From: Amoebidium appalachense
Taxonomy: Eukaryota; Protista; Ichthyosporea
Length of the DNA: 64,000 nucleotides
Assembly: GCA_963693365.1 (NCBI GenBank)
Contig: CAVNZM010000003.1
Location: 10,508,101-10,572,100, forward strand
Reading direction: 5' to 3'
Position 1 is the stretch's first letter. The number at the start of each line of letters is the position of its first letter. A program made the translations under genes and the position numbers. Of this stretch, positions 41,990-54,014 are shown piece by piece. The notes under the pieces were generated by a model. That model did not search any database and was not told where the DNA came from. It was given only the letters and a program-made list of their open reading frames with translations.

Positions 41990-44140
41990 TGTTATAATAC
42001 GTAGTATTTACATATTGTAAGATCTTCTCAGTTCGTGTTATGTTTTCATTCATTTACTTAATGAAAAAGATGTGCTCCTTGTACGTAAATTATGACATCG
42101 ATCTCCAGTGTATTTGAGTACTTGTAATCGTGTTGTGTCGGCTATATTCGTGTGTTTAGATATCGATTACAGCAACTGATTATAGGTACACGAGTCTACC
42201 CAGTGAGGGAGACACGTGTACATGTTATGTGTACATGAATATCTTCGGTTATAACTGTGTTTTGCTGTTCGTGTTTTCTGTCCTGCTTTCTTTTCTTTTT
42301 CCTCTTTCTTCGTCTTTTCTTTTCTCTTTCTTTCTTCTCTTGTTTCCTTTCATTTAATTATATTTCTCTCTCACTAATATACGTTGAGTAGATTTATATT
42401 ACTCGTTATGTTTTGATTGGTAGAAAAACACTTAGGTTACACTTTAGCTTGTCAGGTATGATTCATAGCTTAGTCAACCACTTTTGTTTTGTGTGTTGCC
42501 GTACTATATCCAATCAGTGGACTTAGTCAGAAAATGTCTGAGTCTTTGTAGCCGATGATAGGTTAGAAACACCACCTCTTTCCTCGTTACTCTTCACCTC
42601 TTTTCTTTCTTATAGCTGTGACCTATGGTGTGTGTTCCCGCGTCTCCGGATCTATCCGGGAAATAATCAGTTAATTATGATTGGTTATTTTAGACATAGA
42701 TCTGATTTCCGACTGGTCGGAAATCATGTATGGATTTAACTTAAGGGAATTTCAGGTATTTATTAGCGATCAAAATAAATTGAGTTCAGTCGTGTCTAAA
42801 CATTGATGTCTGTTGTGTACACTGCTCCGATCGTTCCGTGTTTTGTTGTTGTGTGTGTCTGTGGTGTTTTCACACTGCACCACTGTGTCTCTACTTTCAT
42901 CCCAAAATACAAATACAATTAACAGGTTATGGGCCCAGATGCACGCTCCCTACACACACCTAGACCTAGCGATCGTTAAATTCCTGGTACACATCATAGC
43001 TGTGGTCAGCTCCTCATGCATCTTGGTGCTGAGGCTGTGTACATCCATCCCCGGCGTCCGTCCGTAACCGGTCCCACGTGACTCCTCTTGACAAGATCTG
43101 ACTCATCTTGACAAGAGCTTTTGTCACGCCTTGACACCCGTGACATCCTCGCAAGTTCAAATTCCAGCTTGCACTCCTTCCAGCTCCGTCCTGGTTTCGT
43201 TCCGTCCACCAAACCGTCCTCCACCCTTGGTTCTGCAATCGCGCTCCAAGTTCCTTGACACTTCACCGACGTGGTCTCAACCGCGCCGCCCTGTCTACCC
43301 AGGCCTGAGGATCCTGCATCGAAATCCCATTCCATCCGATTTCGAACCCCGTCAACCCGCATTCGAATATAATTTCACACCCCGTCTGCGTTCCAATCGA
43401 CGATAATTTGACACCCCGTCTCGATCCGACTTGACCTTCATCCATCAAGTCCATCTGAAGTATCCAAATTCGGTACTTCTTTCCAGTCTACCGTGTTCCA
43501 CCCCGTCCAAGCCCTTTGTGCTTCCCTCCTCCCTAGGAGTCCCGACCCTGAGTCCCTCCAGAACCGTTTACCGTGTCCAACCTGCTTCCTTCCAGGATTT
43601 CCAACCCTGTTTTCGGCCATGTCTCCCCTTACCGTGCCGTCACTGTCAATGGCCCCCTCACATTCCATTGATCTGCCCTGCATTCCGGCAGCAGTTTCCC
43701 CCCATCACGTGGCCAACCTCGTCGAGATGCCAGCTACCACCAGCTCTGCACGGGCAACAGCTACCCCTGCAGCTGTTTCCCCCCCATTACCACCCGACCC
43801 CGGCCAGCCAGACACGTGCTGCCAGGTCCGGCCGTTCCCATCCACGTTTCTAGCCAGCCTACCGTGCTGCCTGCCCGCGTTTCCGAAACCCCTGCCCCCG
43901 ACCCAGTTAGTACCAGTTAGTGGAATGATTACTACCTACTTTACCACCATCATTATTTCATATGTATTGCCTTTGTGGGTATGCCCACTTAGGGTTTATA
44001 TATAAGGTTTGACCTGTACCATGACTCTACTCTATCTTTCACTGGTTTAAAACCCCGTTAATCAAACACCGCCTATACACGTTATATATATTCGTTGTTT
44101 TTGCCCCGGTTCCTTCCCCCCCCCCTCCCCCCCCCCCCCT

Positions 44141-44185
<45 letters not shown>

Positions 44186-45228
44186 GAAAAGTCCAAACTT
44201 TAATTTTTTTTTTCCGTTTCTGTTCTCAAGTGGGGAGATTTCACTAGTTCAGTGGGGATATGATAACACAAACTTCAAAGTCTTAAGTGGGGATGTTATA
44301 ATACGTAGTATTTACATATTGTAAGATCTTCTCAGTTCGTGTAATGTTTTCATTCATTTACTTAATGAAAAAGATGTGCTCCTTGTACGTAAATTATGAC
44401 ATCGATCTCCAGTGTATTTGAGTACTTGTAATCGTGTTGTGTCGGCTATATTCGTGTGTTTAGATATCGATTACAGCAACTGATTATAGGTACACGAGTC
44501 TACCCAGTGAGGGAGACACGTGTACATGTTATGTGTACATGAATATCTTCGGTTATAACTGTGTTTTGCTGTTCGTGTTTTCTGTCCTGCTTTCTTTTCT
44601 TTTTCCTCTTTCTTCGTCTTTTCTTTTCTCTTTCTTTCTTCTCTTGTTTCCTTTCATTTCATTATATTTCTCTCTCACTAATATACGTTGAGTAGATTTA
44701 TATTACTCGTTATGTTTTGATTGGTAGAAAAACACTTAGGTTACACTTTAGCTTGTCAGGTATGATTCATAGCTTAGTCAACCACTTTTGTTTTGTGTGT
44801 TGCCGTACTATATCCAATCAGTGGACTTAGTCAGAAAATGTCTGAGTCTTTGTAGCCGATGATAGGTTAGAAACACCACCTCTTTCCTCGTTACTCTTCA
44901 CCTCTTTTCTTTCTTATAGCTGTGACCTATGGTGTGTGTTCCCGCGTCTCCGGATCTATCCGGGAAATAATCAGTTAATTATGATTGGTTATTTTAGACA
45001 TAGATCTGATTTCCGACTGGTCGGAAATCATGTATGGATTTAACTTAAGGGAATTTCAGGTATTTATTAGCGATCAAAATAAATTGAGTTCAGTCGTGTC
45101 TAAACATTGATGTCTGTTGTGTACACTGCTCCGATCGTTCCGTGTTTTGTTGTTGTGTGTGTCTGTGGTGTTTTCACACTGCACCACTGTGTCTCTACTT
45201 TCATCCCAGAATACTTATACAATTAACA
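41990..45228 (+). mobile_element. Non-autonomous Copia-family LTR element (LARD/TRIM-like)
   Basis: LTRs at 41990-42924 and 44294-45228 (935 bp, few differences), TSD CTCCC, PBS GGTTATGGGCCCAG at 42925. The 1.37-kb non-coding interior has a last ~330 bp nearly identical to 21650-21982. Confidence 0.96.
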
Positions 45229-45253
45229 CTCCCCCCCCCCCCCACACACACAA

Positions 45254-45292
<39 letters not shown>

Positions 45293-46424
45293 AAAAACAG
45301 ACAACATGCGCTCGCACACACACAACACACACACGCGCGCGCGTGCGTGCGTCTACATAAAAACACACGCACACACGCACACACACACGTACACACAACA
45401 TCCCCCCCCCCCTCCCCCTCCCCCCCGCCCCCCGCCCGCCCGCCCGCCGCCACCCCCACGCACATGCGCACCCACACGCACCGTGCGGCAAAAACAAACA
45501 CATTTCCTTCTTCCTGCTTCGGCACCAACACACTTCGTCACGTGCGCATACAGGCACACTGTTAATTTGTGCTCTCCACCTGTCGTCCATACCACGGCCA
45601 CAAAGCATGCAATGTTGTACAGAAACTTTATGCAGAGTTGCATAAAGGGGCCGGGTACAAATCCTGTCCCTTTCGAAATCCCATCGATTTGTACCCGGCC
45701 CCTAGTAGAACGGAAGGTTGGAATCCGGTGAAATAAAGCGTGGGTAGGATTCGTTCGAACCCTAAACAAACACGGCGAAAGCTTTTTTCCTCTTTTCCCT
45801 TTCTGCGTTCTTCTCTCTTCATTTTCTTTTTTTAGTCCCCCCTTCGTTTCTGGTGGGTAAGTGCGGAGATTGGAGTGTGAGTGGAGAAGGAGGAGGAGAA
45901 GGTAGGGGGGAGGGGGGGGGGGGGGGGGGATTTTTGTTTTTATTTTTTTTGTGGGGAGGGGGGGGGGGGGGGGGAAGGGGGGGGGGGGGGAGGGGGTGAT
46001 GCACGGGGAGAAGGACAACTTCTCGGGTCATTTAAACAGGCCTAGGTGGCAACCACACAGTGGTTTATTCATCTTAATATGTTTATTTCATACCATGTTT
46101 GAGCATTAAAGTGTGACAATGTACAATGGTAGGCAGCCAGAGAAGGTTTGAGAAGACATTCGATCTGTGTTATCATTATCAGTGCATTTTCGGTGTGCGC
46201 TTAGTTAGTGCACCCTCGTTCAACTTGTTTATCATCATGTGTGCTTTGTTGCGATTTTGGCAAAGTTCGGGGCCCGTAGTGAAAGCACAGACACTTGGCA
46301 ACACTATTCATTCGATGAACAATATATGCGAAAGGTCGTCGTTGCCTCTGCAAGTCAACCCCATGGCTTTAGTAGCCTCGGAATGAGGTTTGAATTGCTT
46401 CACTCTCGTCATATGCCGGAGCAG

Positions 46425-46514
46425 CTAGTTCAGCCCTTCACCGTCAGCTATTCGCTTCTTGGCAGCGCGCACCACCACACGGACAAGGCGGATGATAAGG
46501 CGGACGGGCACCAT
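46425..46514 (-). CDS. 29-aa micropeptide paralog MVPVRLIIRLVRVVVRAAKKRIADGEGLN
   Basis: See 39322-39399. AAAATGG context and TATATAAA about 90 bp upstream. Confidence 0.65.
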   Translation of the reverse strand: MVPVRLIIRLVRVVVRAAKKRIADGEGLN

Positions 46515-47368
46515 TTTTGCGTTTTTGTTTGTTTGTTTCCCTGCTCAAGCTGGACGTCGATAAGGTTCAGCCTTGATCTGAGCCATCTTCATCGGTCGGC
46601 TGGTTTATATATGTTTGACTTCCGATTATATCTCATCTCATTGGTCAACTTTGCTCGATATCGGTTGGCTAAACAGTTTGCTCCCAGATCTAGATGACAC
46701 CAGTCTTACAGTCTTACCGTGACTGTCGATTTAAATTCTTCTCAGGCTATGAGCTTTGAGCTTCATTTACATAGGAATATGATCAAATTGAATATTTGTT
46801 TTGACCTTACGGTTTATAGCAAATTATACGTAGTGTCTTACGGCCCTAAAGCGTGGCTTTGACGTTTTCGATGTTGCCTGAAGAAATCTCTCATGATCCA
46901 TACCGATGAGGCGGACGACATTCCGGAGATAAAGAGAACCAATCGTAATACAGACGAAAGCAGGGTTGGGCTGGGGTTCGCCAGCTTTGCCGGAGGCAAG
47001 ACTTCCCCTCACTCCCGTCGTGGCTCCCCGAGGTGACCGAGACAAAGAGAAGCAGAAATGCAAGTCAGTGAGGAATTTTATTATTGAATTTAGCCCTAAT
47101 AAATAACATCAATATCTGATCAGAAAACCCCCAAAACCCCCGGATAAACCCCCTAAGCCCCAGAACACCGTGTGTGTGTGCACACGTGTGTGTGTGTGTG
47201 TATGTGTGTGTGTTTGTGTGTGTATGATAGGCTATTGAAGGAACAGCACTTCCAGCACACAATGGTCGAAAGAACCCCTTCATCTATCCAAACCTACCCT
47301 ACTTTTTATTTTGTGATTGTGTTTTTTAAATAATGTGTGTTGGGTGTGTGTGTAGAAGCCTGTAGCTG

Positions 47369-48310
47369 CTAATCGTGCGTAATCATGTGTGGCCTACGGG
47401 CCAAGGATTTTGCCTGGGCTGACAGATGAGCGGGCATTGAAATTGCCAGGAGCATGGCCTTGTTCGTGTCAATGTAGTGGTTGAAAGGCGTCGTGAAAGT
47501 ACGCCACCGACCATTGATACGAATTTGCTCATAGTCCTCCCCTCTGAGTGCTGCTGTGGAGGCTGCCCCGTGCCGTGTGCTGTACAATGAGAAGTCGCTA
47601 TCCAGGCCCACAGCCGTCAGACTCTGTTGCATACGAGTTGCGACCAGCGATGGTGTGTACCCAGGATGAAACAGAGGGTCGGATGGGCGGGAGCCATGGG
47701 GAAATGCACCCACTGCCATGAGCTTCTGCAGCAAATGCAAGCACACTGGATCACGGATCACCACCATCTGATGATTGTCCGTTTTGGACCGTGGAAGAAG
47801 CAACACTGCACTGCCCGCTGGAACATTGATTTCAATCAACCGTGGATCATTCGGAGGAATGAAGTCTGCCACCGTGCGCCGCGAGAGCTCCCCCGGCCGG
47901 GTGTAGGTTGCGAATGACATACACAGATAGAGTGCTACGTGCGGCATCTTGTATTCCCACAGAGCCGACACTGCCAAAATCATGTAGTCGTAGGGGAGTG
48001 GTCTGTGGTGATTGGTCGGGTTAGCATGGTCCCACCCCCTTAGGACCCTGGCCGACAGGACCAAGGAGTCCTTGCACTGGGGATAGAAATGGTGGATGGC
48101 TGACAGCACCGTCTTGCAGTGGGCGAGCCCGCTGCGGGTCTCCCCCAACTCTTCGTACATGTCAGCTGCATAGCTCGCAAGCATGTTAATATCCACCTGC
48201 TCTACAGACTGGAAGGTGCTCACCCCATCTTCCACACACCACGCTACGAATTTGTTCAAGGCGTTGTCGTATTTCGCCACTGTGGGAGCCGTGACATTGA
48301 GATTGAGCAT
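47369..48310 (-). CDS. Tyrosine recombinase of DIRS-like retroelement
   Basis: N-terminal T..KY...L..F..WC; catalytic-type motifs TYTRPGE (R), RSKT (K), YSTRHG (Y in place of H-x-x-R), GRW, and C-terminal HY. Confidence 0.93.
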   Translation of the reverse strand: MLNLNVTAPTVAKYDNALNKFVAWCVEDGVSTFQSVEQVDINMLASYAADMYEELGETRSGLAHCKTVLSAIHHFYPQCKDSLVLSARVLRGWDHANPTNHHRPLPYDYMILAVSALWEYKMPHVALYLCMSFATYTRPGELSRRTVADFIPPNDPRLIEINVPAGSAVLLLPRSKTDNHQMVVIRDPVCLHLLQKLMAVGAFPHGSRPSDPLFHPGYTPSLVATRMQQSLTAVGLDSDFSLYSTRHGAASTAALRGEDYEQIRINGRWRTFTTPFNHYIDTNKAMLLAISMPAHLSAQAKSLARRPHMITHD

Positions 48311-50708
48311 ATGCGTGATTTTTGCAGAGGGGACTCGACGTCACGTGACGGCATGTCTGCTGGATTGTGGGCAGAAGGGACCCACACCCACGCCGGTCGA
48401 AGTGCGGCTGCACACACAAGTGCTGCCACTCGCCGGCACAGATGATTTAGCCGTCGTGAACTCGATCTACCCTTGGCCACCGCAAACAATAAAGATGTGT
48501 TGTCGATGAGATGAGCTACTCTGGTGCCGTGATTTTGTGGTGCTCGCGTGAAACGTCGTAGTGATAATAGCAGCGCATGCCCCTCGAGGATGGTGATGTG
48601 ATCTTCGTGCCGCCACGGAGTAGATATCGGATGGTGCCACTGCAGACCGTCAACTACTTTCAGAAAAGAGTCGTCGGTCGTGGGGTGGTTCGTGCTGTCG
48701 TTACATTCATCGGCCGAAAGGGCGTTAATCACGAGCTCACCGGTGTCGTCCACAGGCCCCAAGAAGGAATAACCGGGTCTGGACACCGACTGTGCTAATG
48801 CCGTCAACGATTGCTCAGCCGTAACGGACGCAATAGAAACACCTGCTCCTTTGGTGGACGCATCTGATGCCAACAGAAGAGAGGCGGGAGCAGCCGTCAA
48901 ATCACACACAATGAGAGGTGCCAAATCCACCAACAGGGCCAACTCCCCCTTGACTGCAGAGGGGATTGGGCATGCCGTTAGTGGACATTGGCCGGCTGAC
49001 AACGCAAACTGATAACTCGCCTCTAACACAGAAAATAAAGCTCTATTCAAAAGCAACAACCATGCCCAGCCCCCAAGCAAACGAGATAACGCCCGTGGAG
49101 CCACCTCCCGCATGAACAGAACCGCCTTTGTGTCGGCTAGTAGCCGCGCCAACCGTGATGCATCCGGTCGAATAACACCGTCCCGTCCAATAGCCAACCC
49201 GAGTGCTACGGTCTCCGGGTGGTCTCGTGACGCCGTGACCGTTTTGGACGGTTTTATTTCGAATCCGTGTGTCTCTCCAGCGCGCCCGGCTGCCGTCATC
49301 TCGGAATTTACAGTAGATTCAAGAAGTTCCTCCAACCCAACCCCCACCCAATCATCCACGTAGATCAAATGTGCCGTATCCGTTGGTCGGTAATGGAATG
49401 TGCCGGTGAAGAATTCATCGGATTGGATGCATCGTTGATACGTAAAGGCGGGTGCGTGATGTGCTGGTGAGAACGTTGGGCGACAAACGGTGCCCATTTC
49501 CAGCCCATCGGCATAGACAACACCCGCGGATACACCAACCTATCGACACCCGGCAGTCCCACTGCTGAAGACGAAACCGGCGGAAGCCCTTGGTACCAAG
49601 ACAGCCAGTCTGGCACCCGAAAACGGTGGTAGAAATTCGAAAAATCGTACTTGGCCACCACCACCGCTGCGTCCTTCGGAACAATGATACTACACAAATC
49701 TGCCGGACTGGGAAAATTCGGATTGGGCGGGTCTATCATGACTGCATTCATGGGGCGAGCATCCATGATAAGACGGTCTTCCTTCTCATCTTTCTCCACC
49801 GCAAATAAACCATTGATAATCTTTGGGGGCTCCGAAATTTCTGAAAAAGCAACCATACCACAAACATACATACGCTTAGCCAATATAGGCCACTCCGCAG
49901 GCGACGCAAATGCATGGACAGGACGCCCGGGCAAAGGGTGGGCTCCTTCGGCACCCTCAGTGGTGCTCTCAGTTGCCAACACGCCCCCAAGCCCGCAAAC
50001 TCCGTGACCGTTCGGCTGTCCGACCGCGTCACCCGTGCGATTTGACGCCACCACCAACACGTTTGGCTTCTCCATCAACTCCTTGAGGTCAGGTGGAAGG
50101 ACCTCCAGGAGCGGAACTGTTGCCCCAAACCCCTCAGGAGGAAGGGCAATACGCTCAGCAACTATGGGGGTGAAGGCTTTTTAGTGATTGAAATATGGGA
50201 AAGATTCAGACACAGCCGCTAAGGGGACATTGCTGATCCTGCGGCGCATATCCGCGCAAAAAACGAAAATTCGCTGAATGGATTGTGTCTGTGCCGGTGA
50301 GGGTGCATGAGAAAAGTGCGTGGATTTAGGAAAAGGCGTGGGAAAAAAGTGTGTGCTGGTAGGAGGGGAAAATGTTGAAAAGTGTGTGTGATTCTGGGAA
50401 GAGGTGTCGTGCATGTTGTGCCAAACATCGTTCCTAGGAGATTCTACCGAGCCAGGTGGCCCATTATACAACGTGTTGATTACAGCTATGGTTCTATTAA
50501 CCAACTTTAACACAGCAAATCTCTTGTTGAACCTCCCACGTCTTCTTGGAGAGGCCAACCTAACACCATCAAGCAACAGCGGGACTACAAAAAGGGGAAG
50601 TGGAAGTAAATCATTAGACACATGGGGAAACAAGCCTGGCTCAGCCGCGCCCGTGACGCCCTCACCAGGGGTACTAACATGGGGGGCTACGGGCTCACCG
50701 GTGTACCA
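48256..50708 (-). pseudogene. DIRS-like pol (RT + RNase H), with a premature stop at 50181-50183, a frameshift near 49440, and its first codons displaced to 61155-61189
   Basis: GLFAVEK, RLIMDARPMN, DFSNFYH, MPMGWKWA..AQ, YVDD; RNase H SDASTKGAG, HITILE, IDN, KGRSSS, WVPSAHNPADMPSR. The frame reads through TAA into KAFTPIVAERIALP. Confidence 0.92.
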
Positions 50709-51778
50709 CATCAGCAAACTTCCCGGAAGTATTGCCAACGTATTTTTTGCTATTGGCGCTATTGGCGATATTGGCAATAGAACCCCTTGCCGCCAATAGG
50801 AACGCCATATTGCAATAATATTGCTTTGGTATTGTCAATGGTAATACAGTACCAATACCCTCTATTGTCGATATCCCGCTGATATGAATATATTATCCAG
50901 TATATGTTACATCAATATCGCCAATACATTAGAGTGCCATTACATTGCCATTGCATTACTATTGCGCTAGCATTATAGACGTATTGCCAATATCAATTAT
51001 ACCCGGGCGATATTACAATAACAACCAAATAATATCAAAAATACAGATAATGATATGGATAATACTGTATTTTCGCATTGTAGTTGCACTACGAACGCAT
51101 TATTAATGTATTGCCAATATGTAATTCATAGAAATACAAAGATTTAAATATCAAGAAACATATAAACAATGTATTGCCAACATATGATCCAACTATAATC
51201 AATATATAAATGCGGTATCGCCGATAGGTTGCTTATATATCGTGAGTATATTGATGACATAAACAGAGGTATGATTAATACACTCCCAACACATTACAAA
51301 TAAGAAATATGTAAGTATGTTCCATATCAAGCATATATTGCCAACATACGAATGATACCACCACCATAAAGATATAAGTGTTGATAATGCATTACATATA
51401 TATTATAAATATCACACTATATTATCCAAATACATTGCCAATAAATTGATAATGGGAACGAATGCATGCAAAGTACAGTATAAGTGCGCTTATAATATGA
51501 AAGGCATATCGGAGTAACGTCTTATATCTAAGAATAATACATATGACGAACATTGCCAATGTATTAATAATAGCTTTATTGATACCTCAATCACATGCTC
51601 AATATATTGGCAATATGCACACGGTACGGTAAGCACAGCCCCATGATCATTATCAATGAATTGCCAATGTATTGCACATGTTGACATCCATACGTGTTCC
51701 GTATGGTCACTTTATTAACTTCGGTTGGATAGTGGCATCGAGCACACAAGTAAACAACACAACTAATATACCACCCCA

Positions 51779-52275
51779 AGAGCAACACAGAAACGAAACA
51801 CGGAAACAACAGCAGCCATAGGACAAAGAGCCCCAGACCCACAGGGTCTTGCCTCCATACTTTATTTACCTTAACAGGACAAAGAGCCGGTACCCACCTA
51901 TGGGTGCTAAACATGCACATGATCATTCATGTGCTATAAGAGCAACACAGAAACGAAACACGGAAACAACAGCAGCCATAGGACAAAGAGCCCCAGACCC
52001 ACAGGGTCTTGCTTCCATACTTTATTTACCTTAACAGGACAAAGAGCCGGTACCCACCTATGGGTGCTAAACATGCACATGATCATTCATGTGCTATAAG
52101 AGCAACACAGAAACGAAACACGGAAACAACAGCAGCCATAGGACAAAGAGCCCCAGACCCACAGGGTCTTGCCTCCATACTTTATTTACCTTAACAGGAC
52201 AAAGAGCCGGTACCCACCTATGAAACGAAAAACGGAAACAACAGCAGCCATAGGACAAAGAGCCGGTACCCACCT
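51779..52275. repeat. 160-bp tandem repeat, about 3 copies
   Basis: AGAGCAACACAGAAACGAAACACGG starts at 51779, 51939 and 52099. Confidence 0.95.
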
Positions 52276-53298
52276 CTAGATGATAACGTAGCCTTATAGC
52301 TGCTGATGACTTCATGGGCCAACCTTGCCAAAACCTGTAAAGGAACTCGAGCTAAGAATTAGCTCATCCTACTTGCGAGAAGTTGGGGGGAGGGGGGGGG
52401 GGGGGGGGGGGGGGGACTGAGGGGGCTGACTGAGAGTGGCAAAAAAAGAGTCGACAGAACCAACCTCAAACATAGTAAGGACGGAAACCCGGACCAGAAC
52501 TTATGAAGTCTAGAGAAGCAGAAAATAGCTTGAACGATCGGTGGAGGGGACGATAGCTATAGTGCTAACAGCAAAGTAGTGCCCACAGTCGCTGGTTCAT
52601 GAACGTGAAAGGCAACGTGCATCTGCAGCCAGCAGACACACGCACACGCACGCACGCACGCACACACACATACACACACACACACACAGACACAGACACA
52701 GACATAATCACAGGACGGACACAGACCAGACAGACAAACGCCATATGCACAAAAGCAGGCAACACAAAACTAACCTTCAAGAAGAAGCTGCAGCATGCAG
52801 CATGGTCCAAAACAATCAGCGCGGTGGCTGCGCGATCTGCGGAGGGGATCTGTGACCAGGCGCTGCGGGAAGGGAACTGCGACCAGGCGACCTGCGGGAA
52901 GGGACTTGCGACCAGGCGACCTGCGGGAAAGGACCTGCGGACCTGCGGGAAGGGGGAAGAGAAATGGAGAAAACAACGTGCGTACAGGCTTAAATGGAGA
53001 AAAAATTGCAAACCGGATTGGGATTTAGCCAATCACTATTCGCCGCGCCTGATTAGGAAAAAGATAAAAATAGATTTCGGCTCGCGCGCGCGCGTGCATC
53101 AGCCTGGGTGCCCTTAGCGCTACCCTTAGTGCCCTTAGTCACAACTATCAGACTATAGTTACGTGTCCTCCACTTCTTTGTTCTTGACCATTTTTTCGGC
53201 ATGAAAGGGTTTCTGTTACTTCTTGCTGTCCTTCTTAGCGTGCTTGCTTGTCTTTTTTTCAACATGGGTGTCACTGGCGCTTTCGACTTCTTTGAAAT

Positions 53299-53341
<43 letters not shown>

Positions 53342-54014
53342 GCGCGCGCACGCACACACACTCACACATGCACACTGCACACACACACACACACACACAC
53401 ACAGGCGCGCACACACAGGCACGCACACACACAGGCGCACACCTACACAACACACACAGCACATGCACACACAAGCGCACACACGCACACACCCTGTTAT
53501 CCCTGATCATGATGCCCCCTCCCCCCTCCCTCTTCCCCCCCGCGCACCCCCCCCCCCCCCCCCCCCCCCACCCACCCCACCCACCCACCTACAAAGACGA
53601 ATACATTGTACATGTATTGCATACACAAATATACTCGCACATATACATACACACATTCACTTTAATCTTTCAGGCTACATGTGCAATATACATTAATTAT
53701 GCACAGTCGATAGAATTCGTTGTGAAACCCCCCCCCCCCCCCCCCCCTCCCCCCTCCTCGTTCCCCCCATATGCAATGGGGATAATATTGTTTCCCGCTA
53801 TTAATTAAAAAATCACCGTTCTAACTTCCTAAGACCGAACCACTTGTAACACCGACAGTTTTGGTTGTGTGGAACCCCCCCCCCCCCCCCCCCCCCCCCC
53901 CAACCCACCCACCACCTTACCAATATTGAGGTGTACACTGCCCCCACATCCCCAACTGTGTGCTGAATATCCCGTGCTAGGAAACCAATAACGTGAAAGT
54001 AACACATGCCGCAT

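Noticed and set aside
50709-50777. N-terminus MPISPIAPIAKNTLAILPGSLLM of ORF 50181-50777
   Set aside because: It is read-in from the TIR element's end; the true pol start is at 61189.
52599-53117. 172-aa ORF as a transposase or TnpA
   Set aside because: It is built from CA repeats and short tandem repeats, with no DDE or other recognisable domain.
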